Shown here: positions 7,419 to 15,644 of the stretch, in pieces
Layout: each line of letters begins with the position of its first letter
Numbering within the stretch: position 1 is the stretch's first letter
NCBI GenBank assembly: GCA_018714665.1
Contig: DVNA01000004.1
Span: 1-33,226, forward strand
From: Candidatus Gallibacteroides avistercoris
GTDB lineage: Bacteria > Bacteroidota > Bacteroidia > Bacteroidales > CHK158-818
Length of the DNA stretch: 33,226 nt
Reading direction: 5' to 3'
Translations under genes and position numbers: made by a program
Notes under the pieces: model-generated
Told to the model about the DNA's origin: nothing
The model's input: only the letters and a program-made list of their open reading frames with translations
Databases searched by the model: none

Positions 7419-8465
7419 TCAATAGTTTATGTGTTTGGCCAATTCTTGTACTTTTTTGTAGTCGTCCGGTTTGCCGATGTCTATCCAGTATCCGATGATC
7501 GGGTATTTGATTACCCGTTTGTTGCGGCAAATCAGTTCCGTAATCAGGTCGGTAGCCTGGAATTTCTCCCCTTGGGGGATGAGCGAAAGCCATTCCCGTT
7601 TTATCAGGTATATGCCGGCATTGGCATAGTAGGTGTAGTTGGGTTTCTCTTCCAGACCGGTGATGCAGTTGCCCTCGGTTTCGACGATGGCGTAGGGGAC
7701 ATTGACACTGTACGGGACGGTGGCAATGGCCATATCGGCTTTCGAAGCGATGAACTCGGCATAAAACGCTTCGTAATCGATGTTGGTAAAGAGGTCGGAG
7801 TTCATAATCAGGACGGTGTCGTGGTTGAATTCCGGGATGAGCCCTACCGCCCCGATGGTTCCCAGAAATGCCGGTTCGGTAATGCAGGTTATCTGGCAAT
7901 CGGCCGATAGTGCCGACTCCTCGAAATGACGGACAATCTGCTCGCCCAAATAGTTGACCGTAACGTAAAAGCGTTCCACGCCGTAATCTTTCAGCCGGGC
8001 GATGTTGTGGTCGATGATGGCCCGTCCTCCCACGTTCAGCAGCGGCTTGGGGGTGGTATCGGTCAAGGGCCGCAGCCGTTCTCCCCGTCCGCCCGCCATG
8101 ATGACGGCATCTATGGGCAGGAGCGATTTTTGTTTGCTGAAATCATATACCTTTTCAATCGTTCCGTCTGCCCGCAGGAAGGGAACCAGCGATAACCGTA
8201 TCTGTTTGTACTGGCGGATTCTTTCCACCGAGAGGTTGGACTCCGACAGGGCGTGGAAGCGGGTGTGCATGATCGTATTGACGGGGTCGTCTAACGTACT
8301 GCCGGAGAGCAATCCCCGCCGTATGTCGCCGTCTGTCAGGGTTCCCACCAGTACCTCCCGTTCGTCTGTTACCAAAAGCGTCAGGATGGTCCCGCTTATT
8401 TTCTGCATGGCATCGCGGATGGTGGCCGAATGGGGGATCAGGTAAGAAGAGTATTCGAGCGTCAT
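7419..8465 (-). CDS. CBS-domain-pair nucleotidyltransferase (PtmE-like sugar-1-phosphate nucleotidylyltransferase)
   Basis: 348 aa. N-terminal CBS pair (LLVTDEREVLVGTLTDGDIRRGLL) fused to an NTP-transferase domain with AVIMAGGRGERLRPLTDTTPKPLL. Its ATG overlaps the neuC stop (ATGA). Confidence 0.75.
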   Translation of the reverse strand: MTLEYSSYLIPHSATIRDAMQKISGTILTLLVTDEREVLVGTLTDGDIRRGLLSGSTLDDPVNTIMHTRFHALSESNLSVERIRQYKQIRLSLVPFLRADGTIEKVYDFSKQKSLLPIDAVIMAGGRGERLRPLTDTTPKPLLNVGGRAIIDHNIARLKDYGVERFYVTVNYLGEQIVRHFEESALSADCQITCITEPAFLGTIGAVGLIPEFNHDTVLIMNSDLFTNIDYEAFYAEFIASKADMAIATVPYSVNVPYAIVETEGNCITGLEEKPNYTYYANAGIYLIKREWLSLIPQGEKFQATDLITELICRNKRVIKYPIIGYWIDIGKPDDYKKVQELAKHINY

Positions 8466-9628
8466 AGTTGTTTCAGGTCGTAAAAAGATTTGGGTATTAG
8501 GCGACGGAAATCGTCCTGTTGTTTCAGTATCTCCACAATTCTCCGGGCCGTGTCGGGTTGTTCGTACGGATTGGTCGTCGAGGCGGCTGTTTGCGCCATT
8601 TTATCGGAAAAGGCCGTTCTAATGGCCGCTTCAATAGCTTTTTCCGAGCACTCACAATCGATAACCGACGAGGCTTTTAACCGACCCTTCTGCCGGTTCC
8701 CGATATTGACGGTAGGGATGCCGAACGAGGGGACCTCCAATACTCCGCTCGACGAGTTTCCGACCACGGCCGACACGTATTGCAGGCAGGAGAGGTAACG
8801 CAGGTGTCCCAACGAAGGGTAGGCCGCACACCGTTGGGGATGTGCGGAGACATATTCCGTTATCAGCGAGATAATCTCCCGCCCCTGTGTGTCGGAGTTG
8901 GGATGCGTGAAGAGTATCTTGGTTTGGGGAAAGGCATCGAGCGCCCGTAACAGCTCTTTCAGCTGTTCGGTGGCCGGGTGCGATTCGAGTGTTTCGGGAT
9001 GGAATGTAACGAGCAGGGTCGGGCAATCCAACGAAAAGGCGAGGGCGTTTTCCAGCTCCTCTTTTCCCAACAGGGGCAGGTGGCGGATGTTGTCCACCCC
9101 CAGGGCTCCGACGTTGAATACGGTCGAGGGGTTTTCGCCCAGCTGGATGATTCGGTTCCGATAGACCTCGGTCGAGGGGAAGTGCAGGTGGCTCATCTTG
9201 GTGATGGAGTGGCGTATGGCGTCGTCGAAGGCGCCCTCGGTAACATCCCCTCCGGAGATGTGTGCCACCGGTATTTTGTAGAGCAGTGCGGCCGAGGCGG
9301 CAGCCAGCATTTCATAACGGTCGCCTAAGAGTACGATCAAATCGGGTTGCAGCGATTCGTAGGCATCGGCCAGCCCGATCATGCCCAATCCCGTTGATTT
9401 GGCCGTGCCGTTGGCCGTGTCGGAGGATAGCAGCATCTCTACCTTCCGGTCTATCGTAAATCCGTCGGCCTCGATCTCCCGGTAGGTCAAGCCGAACTCC
9501 GGGGAGAGGTGCGTGTTGGTAGCGATGATTTGCAGTTGCCACGACGTTTCCGCATCGATGAGGTGCATCAATCGGCTCATTAATCCATATTCGGCACGGC
9601 TGCCGGTTACCACGCAAATCTTTTTCAT
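8462..9628 (-). CDS. neuC: UDP/GDP-N-acetylhexosamine 2-epimerase, hydrolysing (NeuC/LegG family)
   Basis: 388 aa. Segments: VVTGSRAEYGL, LGDRYE, HISGGDVTEGAFDD, TFHPET, GNSSSG. Confidence 0.88.
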   Translation of the reverse strand: MKKICVVTGSRAEYGLMSRLMHLIDAETSWQLQIIATNTHLSPEFGLTYREIEADGFTIDRKVEMLLSSDTANGTAKSTGLGMIGLADAYESLQPDLIVLLGDRYEMLAAASAALLYKIPVAHISGGDVTEGAFDDAIRHSITKMSHLHFPSTEVYRNRIIQLGENPSTVFNVGALGVDNIRHLPLLGKEELENALAFSLDCPTLLVTFHPETLESHPATEQLKELLRALDAFPQTKILFTHPNSDTQGREIISLITEYVSAHPQRCAAYPSLGHLRYLSCLQYVSAVVGNSSSGVLEVPSFGIPTVNIGNRQKGRLKASSVIDCECSEKAIEAAIRTAFSDKMAQTAASTTNPYEQPDTARRIVEILKQQDDFRRLIPKSFYDLKQL

Positions 9629-10632
9629 AGGGTAATCAGTTCGTCGGGTTTATAGTCTCTGTTTGCCGGAGTTCCGATGATTTCGTTCCATTTCATCGGA
9701 GAAATACCGATTCCCGGCCGTTTGGTCGTCAGGTTGTTTTCGGTGAACAGTTCTCCTTGACGGATCTCGGTGGCCGCCACAATGCTTTTGCGGGCTACGG
9801 CCCGGTTCTCCGCTTCTCCGGCGAGGGGTTGCTTGGTCTCTCCCTCTAAGGCTTTTTCTACGGCCCGGATAGAGGCTACCAGCTGTTTCAGCTCTTCGGG
9901 TTCGATGGAGGCTTTGTGGTCCGGCCCCGCCATCTGGCGGTCGAGGGTGAAATGTTTTTCAATCACGCAAGCTCCCAACGCCGCGGCGGCCACGGCAATG
10001 GCCGTTCCCTCGGTGTGGTCCGAATAGCCTGTTTTGACCCCGAATATCTCTCCTAACCGCCGCATCGCATGCAGGTGGACATCCTCGTACGGGGCGGGGT
10101 ATTCGGTGGTACAGTGCAGCAGGGTGATTTTCTCTTTGGTCAGTCCGTTGGCTGTCAATACCGACAGGGCCTCTCCAATCTCTTCGAGCGACGACATGCC
10201 GGTAGAGAGGATAATCGGTTTCCCGCTCCGGGCAATCTGAACCAGGTAGGGGTAGTTGGTAATTTCGCCGGAGGGGATTTTCCAGGTGTCGATGTCGAGC
10301 CGCAACAGCAGGTCGATGCTCTCCTGGTCGAACGGCGATGAGAGAAAACCGATTCCCCGGCTGGCGCAATAGTCGGCCAGCAGGTAGAAGTCCGTCTCCG
10401 ACAGGGCGAGCCGTCGCAACATATCCAGTTGGTTTTCGTCGGTCGTCTCCGGTTGGTTCTGGCGTTGGTATGCTGCCTGGGGGGCAGCTGCCGAAGCCAG
10501 TTTTTCGGGGACGAAGGTTTGGAATTTCACATAATCGGCCTTTGCCTCAGCCGCGGCATCTATCAGCCGTCGGGCTATGGCGATGTCGCCGTTGTGGTTT
10601 ACCCCGATCTCTGCAATAACGATGGTCTTCAT
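9625..10632 (-). CDS. neuB: Nonulosonic acid synthase (N-acetylneuraminate / N,N'-diacetyllegionaminate synthase; NeuB/LegI)
   Basis: 335 aa. Segments: IAEIGVNHNGD, YVKFQTF, HCTTEYPAP, GYSDHT, and a C-terminal SAF domain. Confidence 0.9.
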   Translation of the reverse strand: MKTIVIAEIGVNHNGDIAIARRLIDAAAEAKADYVKFQTFVPEKLASAAAPQAAYQRQNQPETTDENQLDMLRRLALSETDFYLLADYCASRGIGFLSSPFDQESIDLLLRLDIDTWKIPSGEITNYPYLVQIARSGKPIILSTGMSSLEEIGEALSVLTANGLTKEKITLLHCTTEYPAPYEDVHLHAMRRLGEIFGVKTGYSDHTEGTAIAVAAAALGACVIEKHFTLDRQMAGPDHKASIEPEELKQLVASIRAVEKALEGETKQPLAGEAENRAVARKSIVAATEIRQGELFTENNLTTKRPGIGISPMKWNEIIGTPANRDYKPDELITL

Positions 10633-11267
10633 AGCGATTGTGTCCGATGGGCCGGTTGCCCGATGTAGGTTCCCGGTGTGATGATGTCGCGGCTTACCAA
10701 ACTTCCTGCGCCTAAAATAACCCGTTGTGTGACGGATATGCTGTGGAAAACGGTACAGTTACTCCCGATAAAGCACTCTTTGCCTATCTCTACCTCTCCG
10801 TTGAGGATGGCTCCGGTAGAGAGGTGCGTGTGCGAATGGACGATGGTGTCGTGTTCGACGATGGCCCCGGTGTTGATAATGCAGTTTTCGCCTATTTTAG
10901 CCCCGGCATTGACTACGGCCCGGTTCAGGATGATGGTACCCTCCCCGATTTGGGCGTGCCGCGAAACGACGGCGTAGGGAGAGATGAGGGTGGCGAATTG
11001 GCCTCCCATGATTTTTATCTGGTCGAATATGGCAACGCGCCGGGCGGCCGACTTGATCTGTCCCAACGTAATCAGAAATTCGTGGTCGGTCTCTACCCAT
11101 TGGGCAAACTCGTCGTCCGTCCCCACGATGGGGTAACCTAAAACCGTTTCTCCTACCCGTTCGGGTACGTCCAGAATTCCTTCTATCATTACGTTGTCCA
11201 TGAGTTCAATCGCGTTGATGCACGATTTACAGTGGCCTCCGCCTCCAATTAAGATTAGTTTTTTCAT
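10629..11267 (-). CDS. Left-handed beta-helix sugar N-acetyltransferase (NeuD/PglD family; LegH-like)
   Basis: 212 aa. N-terminal Rossmann-like LILIGGGGHCKSCINAIE followed by hexapeptide repeats (IGEGTIILNRAVVNAGAKIGENCIINTGAIVEHD). Confidence 0.8.
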   Translation of the reverse strand: MKKLILIGGGGHCKSCINAIELMDNVMIEGILDVPERVGETVLGYPIVGTDDEFAQWVETDHEFLITLGQIKSAARRVAIFDQIKIMGGQFATLISPYAVVSRHAQIGEGTIILNRAVVNAGAKIGENCIINTGAIVEHDTIVHSHTHLSTGAILNGEVEIGKECFIGSNCTVFHSISVTQRVILGAGSLVSRDIITPGTYIGQPAHRTQSL

Positions 11268-12406
11268 AATACCACGCTGCTTGGAATGTTAATAATTCGC
11301 TCTTCTAACCAGTGAGCGTTTGTCAAGTGGTCGTGTTGGCACTGTTCGAACATGGGCAACTGGGTCATCAGTCGCCATGCCGGACGGGTCATGACGCCGT
11401 TATCATTGCTGTATGCCAGAAATTCATCTCGCGATTCCTTGTCGGGCATAATCAGTGTATTCAACCAATAGTTCGATTGACACCCCTCCGGTTCGGTAAA
11501 AAACGAAACCGGCAACGCCTCGAAAAATGCGTTGTAGCGGTGGGCAATCTCTCGTTTCTTTTCGATGAAAAGGGGCAGATTCTCCATTTGTGCACACCCT
11601 AAGGCAGCGTTGATGTTGGGCATCCGGTAGTTGTATCCTATCGCATCGTGTACAAATTCCCACCGGTGGGGCAGTTTGGCCTGGGTAGTCAGGTGTTTGG
11701 CCCGGGCTCCTAAGTCGGCATCTTGAAAAAGCAACATCCCGCCTCCTCCCGTGGTGACGGTTTTGTTTCCGTTAAAACTTAAAACGCCGATTTTACCGAA
11801 CGTTCCGGTATGTTTCCCCTTGTAGAAGCTACCCAAACTTTCGGCGGCATCTTCCACCACGGCGATGTGGTACCGGTTGCAAACCTCCAACAATTCGTCC
11901 AGGTGTACCGGGTGCCCGAATGTGTGCATCGGTACGCAGGCTGCAATCCGGTTTCCGGTTGTCCGGTTGTAACAACCATCGCCCCGCATCTGGGCATTCT
12001 CTTTCAACCATTGCTCCACGGCGGCGGGGGATAGCCCCAACGTGTCGCGGTCCACATCCAGAAATACCGGACGGGCGCCGATGTAGCTGATGGCATTTGC
12101 CGTAGCGATGAAAGTGAGGGGTTGGGTAATCACTTCGTCGTATTGCTTTACGCCGGCCAACAGCAGGGCCATGTGCAGGGCGTTGGTGCCGTTTACGCAG
12201 ACAACGGCCCGGGCCGCTCCGGTATAGTCGGCCACCATCTCTTCGAAACGATCTACAAATTTCCCTACGCTCGATACGAACGTAGAGTCGATACACGCTT
12301 CCAGATAACGCTTTTCGTTCCCTGCAAAACAGGGTGCGTGCAGCGGAATTGTTCCCTCCGTCCCCGCATAGAGCGTTTTTATGAATGATACGATCTGGTT
12401 ATACAT
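11264..12406 (-). CDS. legC: DegT/DnrJ/EryC1-family PLP aminotransferase (LegC-like)
   Basis: 380 aa. Segments: CVNGTNALHMAL, and a PLP-lysine region SFNGNKTVTTGGGG typical of the LegC subgroup. Confidence 0.8.
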   Translation of the reverse strand: MYNQIVSFIKTLYAGTEGTIPLHAPCFAGNEKRYLEACIDSTFVSSVGKFVDRFEEMVADYTGAARAVVCVNGTNALHMALLLAGVKQYDEVITQPLTFIATANAISYIGARPVFLDVDRDTLGLSPAAVEQWLKENAQMRGDGCYNRTTGNRIAACVPMHTFGHPVHLDELLEVCNRYHIAVVEDAAESLGSFYKGKHTGTFGKIGVLSFNGNKTVTTGGGGMLLFQDADLGARAKHLTTQAKLPHRWEFVHDAIGYNYRMPNINAALGCAQMENLPLFIEKKREIAHRYNAFFEALPVSFFTEPEGCQSNYWLNTLIMPDKESRDEFLAYSNDNGVMTRPAWRLMTQLPMFEQCQHDHLTNAHWLEERIINIPSSVVL

Positions 12407-13379
12407 TGTATATCTGCCATTTGTAGTTCTTTAAATGTTCGGGTTGGGTAAACCATTGTACGGTTTTCGACAACCCCTCTTCTATGGTATGTCGGGGGGT
12501 GAAACCGGTCAATTTGTGTAGCAGCGAGTTGTCTCCCCACAACCGGAAAACTTCCGATTTCACCGGACGAATCCTGACCTTATCTTCGATAAAGCGTACC
12601 TCCTCTTTTCCCATGATCCGGGCAATCAGCGAGAGAGTGTCGCGCATCGATATTTCGTAGTTGGAGGCGATGTTCACCTCCTGTCCGATGGCTTCGGGGC
12701 ATTGTGCCAGGGCGATAAAACCGGCGCAGGTATCCTCCACGTAGTTGAAATCGCGGGTGGGCGAGAGCGATCCCAGTTTAATCTCTTCGGCACCGTTGGC
12801 GATTTGCGTGATGATGGTGGGGATGATGGCTCTGGCCGATTGACGGGGTCCGTATGTGTTGAACGGACGGGCAATGATTACCGGCAAGTCAAAAGCGCTG
12901 TAAAAACTCTTTGCCAGGGCGTCTGCTCCGATTTTGGAGGCGGAGTAGGGCGATTGCGGCTGTTTGGGATGGTTTTCGTCGATGGGCACGTAACGGGCTG
13001 TCCCATATACCTCGGAGGTGGAGGTTACCACCACCCGTTCCACCTTTTCTTCCCATGCGGCCTGGCAGATGTTGAGCGTACCCTTTACGTTGGTATCTAT
13101 GTAGCTGTCGGGGGCGATGTACGAGTAGGGTATGGCGATCAGTGCGGCCAGGTGGAATACCGTGTCGATGCCCTGCATGATATGCCGGCAGAGATGGGGG
13201 TCGCGTACATCGCCCGCTACCACCTCCAAAGCAGGGTGTTCCAATCCTTCGAGCCAACCCCGGTATCCGAACGAGTTGTAGTAGGACAGGGCCCGTACCC
13301 GGTATCCTTGTGCTAAAAGCATTTCGGTCAAATGCGAACCGATAAAGCCGTCTGCTCCTGTAACCAATATATGCTGCAT
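12399..13379 (-). CDS. legB: NAD-dependent sugar-nucleotide 4,6-dehydratase (SDR; LegB-like)
   Basis: ATG at 13379 (MQHILVTGADGFIGSHL). The track start at 13385 is a TTG. Catalytic YxxxK is in SPYSASKIGAD. 326 aa. Confidence 0.8.
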   Translation of the reverse strand: MQHILVTGADGFIGSHLTEMLLAQGYRVRALSYYNSFGYRGWLEGLEHPALEVVAGDVRDPHLCRHIMQGIDTVFHLAALIAIPYSYIAPDSYIDTNVKGTLNICQAAWEEKVERVVVTSTSEVYGTARYVPIDENHPKQPQSPYSASKIGADALAKSFYSAFDLPVIIARPFNTYGPRQSARAIIPTIITQIANGAEEIKLGSLSPTRDFNYVEDTCAGFIALAQCPEAIGQEVNIASNYEISMRDTLSLIARIMGKEEVRFIEDKVRIRPVKSEVFRLWGDNSLLHKLTGFTPRHTIEEGLSKTVQWFTQPEHLKNYKWQIYNV

Positions 13380-13389
13380 AGGCAATCTG

Positions 13390-14259
13390 TTAAAGTTCTG
13401 GTTCTATTTTTATACGCTCAAACGCATCGATGTACGAGTTGGGCGTGATGTTGAAAATCTCTTTGTGCAGATAGCGTGCATACGCTTTTATCTGGAAATA
13501 GCCTTTGAACACGACGTACATGTGGTAAAGTATTTCGTAAAGTTTCGACGACTGGTCGTTGTGGTCGCGTGCCTTTACCTGTACGGCCTGTTGGGTATAG
13601 AAGTGTTTGGCGCCGTAATATACGGTGTTGTCGTCGTCCACCATCACCTCCGATAGCCAGGAGTGTTCGGCCCCGGCCAGGTAGAGTCGCTCGAAGGGCA
13701 TCCGCAGCCCCAACATGATGGCCGGAATCAGGACATTGTGCGGACGGGGCATCCCCCAGCCTTTTTTGTAAAGGGGATAGGTTATGCATTTGAATCCCTC
13801 TACCGGAGTGGTATTGTAGAAATGCAGAAAGATGTTCGGGTTCTTCGCCACCAGCTCCTGCCAGGTTTTGTGCGAACGGGACCGGACGGGCATGAACAGG
13901 TGCATCGGCCAGGTTACCGTTTGCGAGATAGTCCCGAAGAGCCGTTCGGTCGATTCGGGTTGAAGCCAGAAATAGGGGTCGGCCACCACGTACAGTTCCG
14001 GTTTTACGACGGTAAATTGTTTGGAACAGGCCGAGAAGTTTACCATCAGGCAACATTTGTCCTGCCAAAAGGAGGGCGATTTCTCAATGAGTCCGTTCAA
14101 CGAGGGGCCGTTGCCCATCACCACCAACTCTTTGGGATGGGTAACAGACAGGGGTACGTCCGTATGGAATTTTGTAAAAAGGAGAATTTTTACAAAACTG
14201 AGAGCCGTTTGTACGCAATCGGCGGTAAAATATTGCATCTTGTCTAAAAACGGAGTCAT
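13390..14259 (-). CDS. Hypothetical protein; candidate CstII/GT42-like (or DUF115/Maf-like) nonulosonic-acid transferase
   Basis: 289 aa and first gene of the operon. It has a VVMGNGPSL motif, a CLMVNF segment, LIPAIMLGLRMPFERLYLAGAEHSW, and a C-terminal NITPNSYIDAFERI. From memory, these occur in the same order and spacing as motifs in Campylobacter CstII (291 aa). Confidence 0.5.
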   Translation of the reverse strand: MTPFLDKMQYFTADCVQTALSFVKILLFTKFHTDVPLSVTHPKELVVMGNGPSLNGLIEKSPSFWQDKCCLMVNFSACSKQFTVVKPELYVVADPYFWLQPESTERLFGTISQTVTWPMHLFMPVRSRSHKTWQELVAKNPNIFLHFYNTTPVEGFKCITYPLYKKGWGMPRPHNVLIPAIMLGLRMPFERLYLAGAEHSWLSEVMVDDDNTVYYGAKHFYTQQAVQVKARDHNDQSSKLYEILYHMYVVFKGYFQIKAYARYLHKEIFNITPNSYIDAFERIKIEPEL

Positions 14260-14279
14260 AGTTTACGGCCTATTTTTTA

Positions 14280-14287
14280 CAAATGTA
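14280..14287 (-). promoter_or_regulatory. Candidate -7 box (TACATTTG on the minus strand) for the nine-gene NulO operon
   Basis: caaatgta on the + strand equals TAnnTTTG on the - strand, about 20 nt upstream of the ATG at 14259, within the 107-bp divergent intergenic region. Confidence 0.4.
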
Positions 14288-14317
14288 CATAAACTTTTCG
14301 TGAAACGAAAAAAATAT

Positions 14318-14325
14318 TATCTTTG
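14318..14325 (+). promoter_or_regulatory. Candidate -7 box (TATCTTTG) for the GT4-GT2 pair
   Basis: Exact TAnnTTTG match 42 nt upstream of the ATG at 14367. Confidence 0.4.
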
Positions 14326-14366
14326 TCTAAGGCAGACCGCTTGCCGTTTGAGTGATATATGGAGAG

Positions 14367-15644
14367 ATGAAAGTACTATTTGTCAATACATACGAGTCTC
14401 GTGGAGGGGCCGCTATTGCTTGCCGGAGGCTTGCCCGGGCAGTGTCGAGAGCCGGCGTCGATGTCCGTCTGTTGGTACGCGAACCTTTTTCCGGCGTAGA
14501 TCAGAGAATATCTTCCGTCTCCTCTTCGCGGATGGCCCGGATGTTGAATTTTTTCCGGTTTGCCTGGGAGCGGTTTACCATTTTTCTGTACAACCGGTTT
14601 TCGCGCCGCAATCTTTTTGCAGTCTCTATTGCCAACACGGGGGAGGATATCTCCCGGCGCAAGGAGGTACAGGAGGCCGATGTGATTCACCTGCATTGGG
14701 TAAACCAGGGTTTTTTATCGATCAAGGATATTCAGCGGCTGACGGAGCTGGGGAAGCCTGTTGTCTGGACGATGCACGATATGTGGCCGTTTACCGGCAT
14801 TTGCCATTATGCCTGGCAGTGCCGCCGTTTTGAAGAGCGGTGCGGCTGTTGCCCTTTCCTCGTCTCTCCCGGTGAAAACGATTTGTCGGCCCAGGTATTG
14901 GAACGGAAACAGAAATGGAAATTCTCCGATATCTCTTTCGTCGCTTGCAGCCGGTGGCTGTGCGACAATGCCCGAAAGGCTTCCCTCTTGCAAAACAGCG
15001 ACGTCTCGAATATCCCCAATCCCATCGATACCAACTTCTGGAAACCCCAGAACAAGCAGGAGGTACGCAAGATGTTCCGTTTCCCCGAAAAGCGGAAATT
15101 GCTGTTGTTTGTCGCCGACAACGTCTCCGATACGCGCAAAGGCATTGCCTACCTGTATGAGGCGCTGAAAATATTAGAGTTGAAAAAGGCCGATTTAATC
15201 GAAAAAATGTCGTTGGTCATATTGGGTAAGAGAAGTCGCGACGTATCGTTGCAGTCGCCCTTTCATACCATACCGATGGGTTATCTCTCCGATGCCAAAC
15301 AGATTTGCCGGTTGTACTCGGCCGTCGATCTGTTTGTAACGCCGTCGCTCGAAGACAACCTGCCCAATACCGTTATGGAGGCCATGGCCTGCGGCTGTCC
15401 GGTAGTAGGATTCCGTATCGGGGGAATCCCCGAAATGATAGACCACCTTCAAAACGGATACGTGGCCGAGAGCCGCTCTTCTGCTGACCTGGCCAAAGGG
15501 ATAGAAGAGATATTGTTTTCAGAGAACTATTTTTATTATAGCACCCAGGCCCGTTTAAAGGTACAACAGTCCTATGCTGAGCCCTATATTGCCCGGCAAT
15601 ATATGGATTTGTATCAGATATTATTGGATAAAAAATATGAATAA
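14367..15644 (+). CDS. Glycosyltransferase family 4 (GT-B, group 1)
   Basis: ATG at 14367 (MKVLFVNTYESRGGAA). The track start at 14352 is a GTG. C-terminal GT1 signature: VTPSLEDNLPNTVMEAMACGCPVVGFRIGGIPEMI. 425 aa. Confidence 0.85.
   Translation: MKVLFVNTYESRGGAAIACRRLARAVSRAGVDVRLLVREPFSGVDQRISSVSSSRMARMLNFFRFAWERFTIFLYNRFSRRNLFAVSIANTGEDISRRKEVQEADVIHLHWVNQGFLSIKDIQRLTELGKPVVWTMHDMWPFTGICHYAWQCRRFEERCGCCPFLVSPGENDLSAQVLERKQKWKFSDISFVACSRWLCDNARKASLLQNSDVSNIPNPIDTNFWKPQNKQEVRKMFRFPEKRKLLLFVADNVSDTRKGIAYLYEALKILELKKADLIEKMSLVILGKRSRDVSLQSPFHTIPMGYLSDAKQICRLYSAVDLFVTPSLEDNLPNTVMEAMACGCPVVGFRIGGIPEMIDHLQNGYVAESRSSADLAKGIEEILFSENYFYYSTQARLKVQQSYAEPYIARQYMDLYQILLDKKYE

Noticed and set aside
6722-7899. 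Longer versions of the phosphatase ORF (to 6931) and the cytidylyltransferase ORF (to 7899), which could suggest larger or fused proteins.
   Set aside because: - The extensions run out of frame through the upstream genes and are Arg/His/Pro-rich nonsense.
- The conserved N-termini (MLPKLIITDIDGVW, MNGLYLIPARKGSKG) begin at internal ATGs that sit 2-5 nt after the upstream stops.
14283-14290. Perfect 8-bp palindrome ATGTACAT in the divergent promoter region, a possible operator. I also looked for inverted repeats of an invertible (phase-variable) promoter.
   Set aside because: - An 8-bp palindrome is expected by chance many times in 33 kb.
- The flanks do not extend the symmetry.
- The 107-bp spacer is too short and lacks flanking inverted repeats for a Bacteroides-type invertible promoter.
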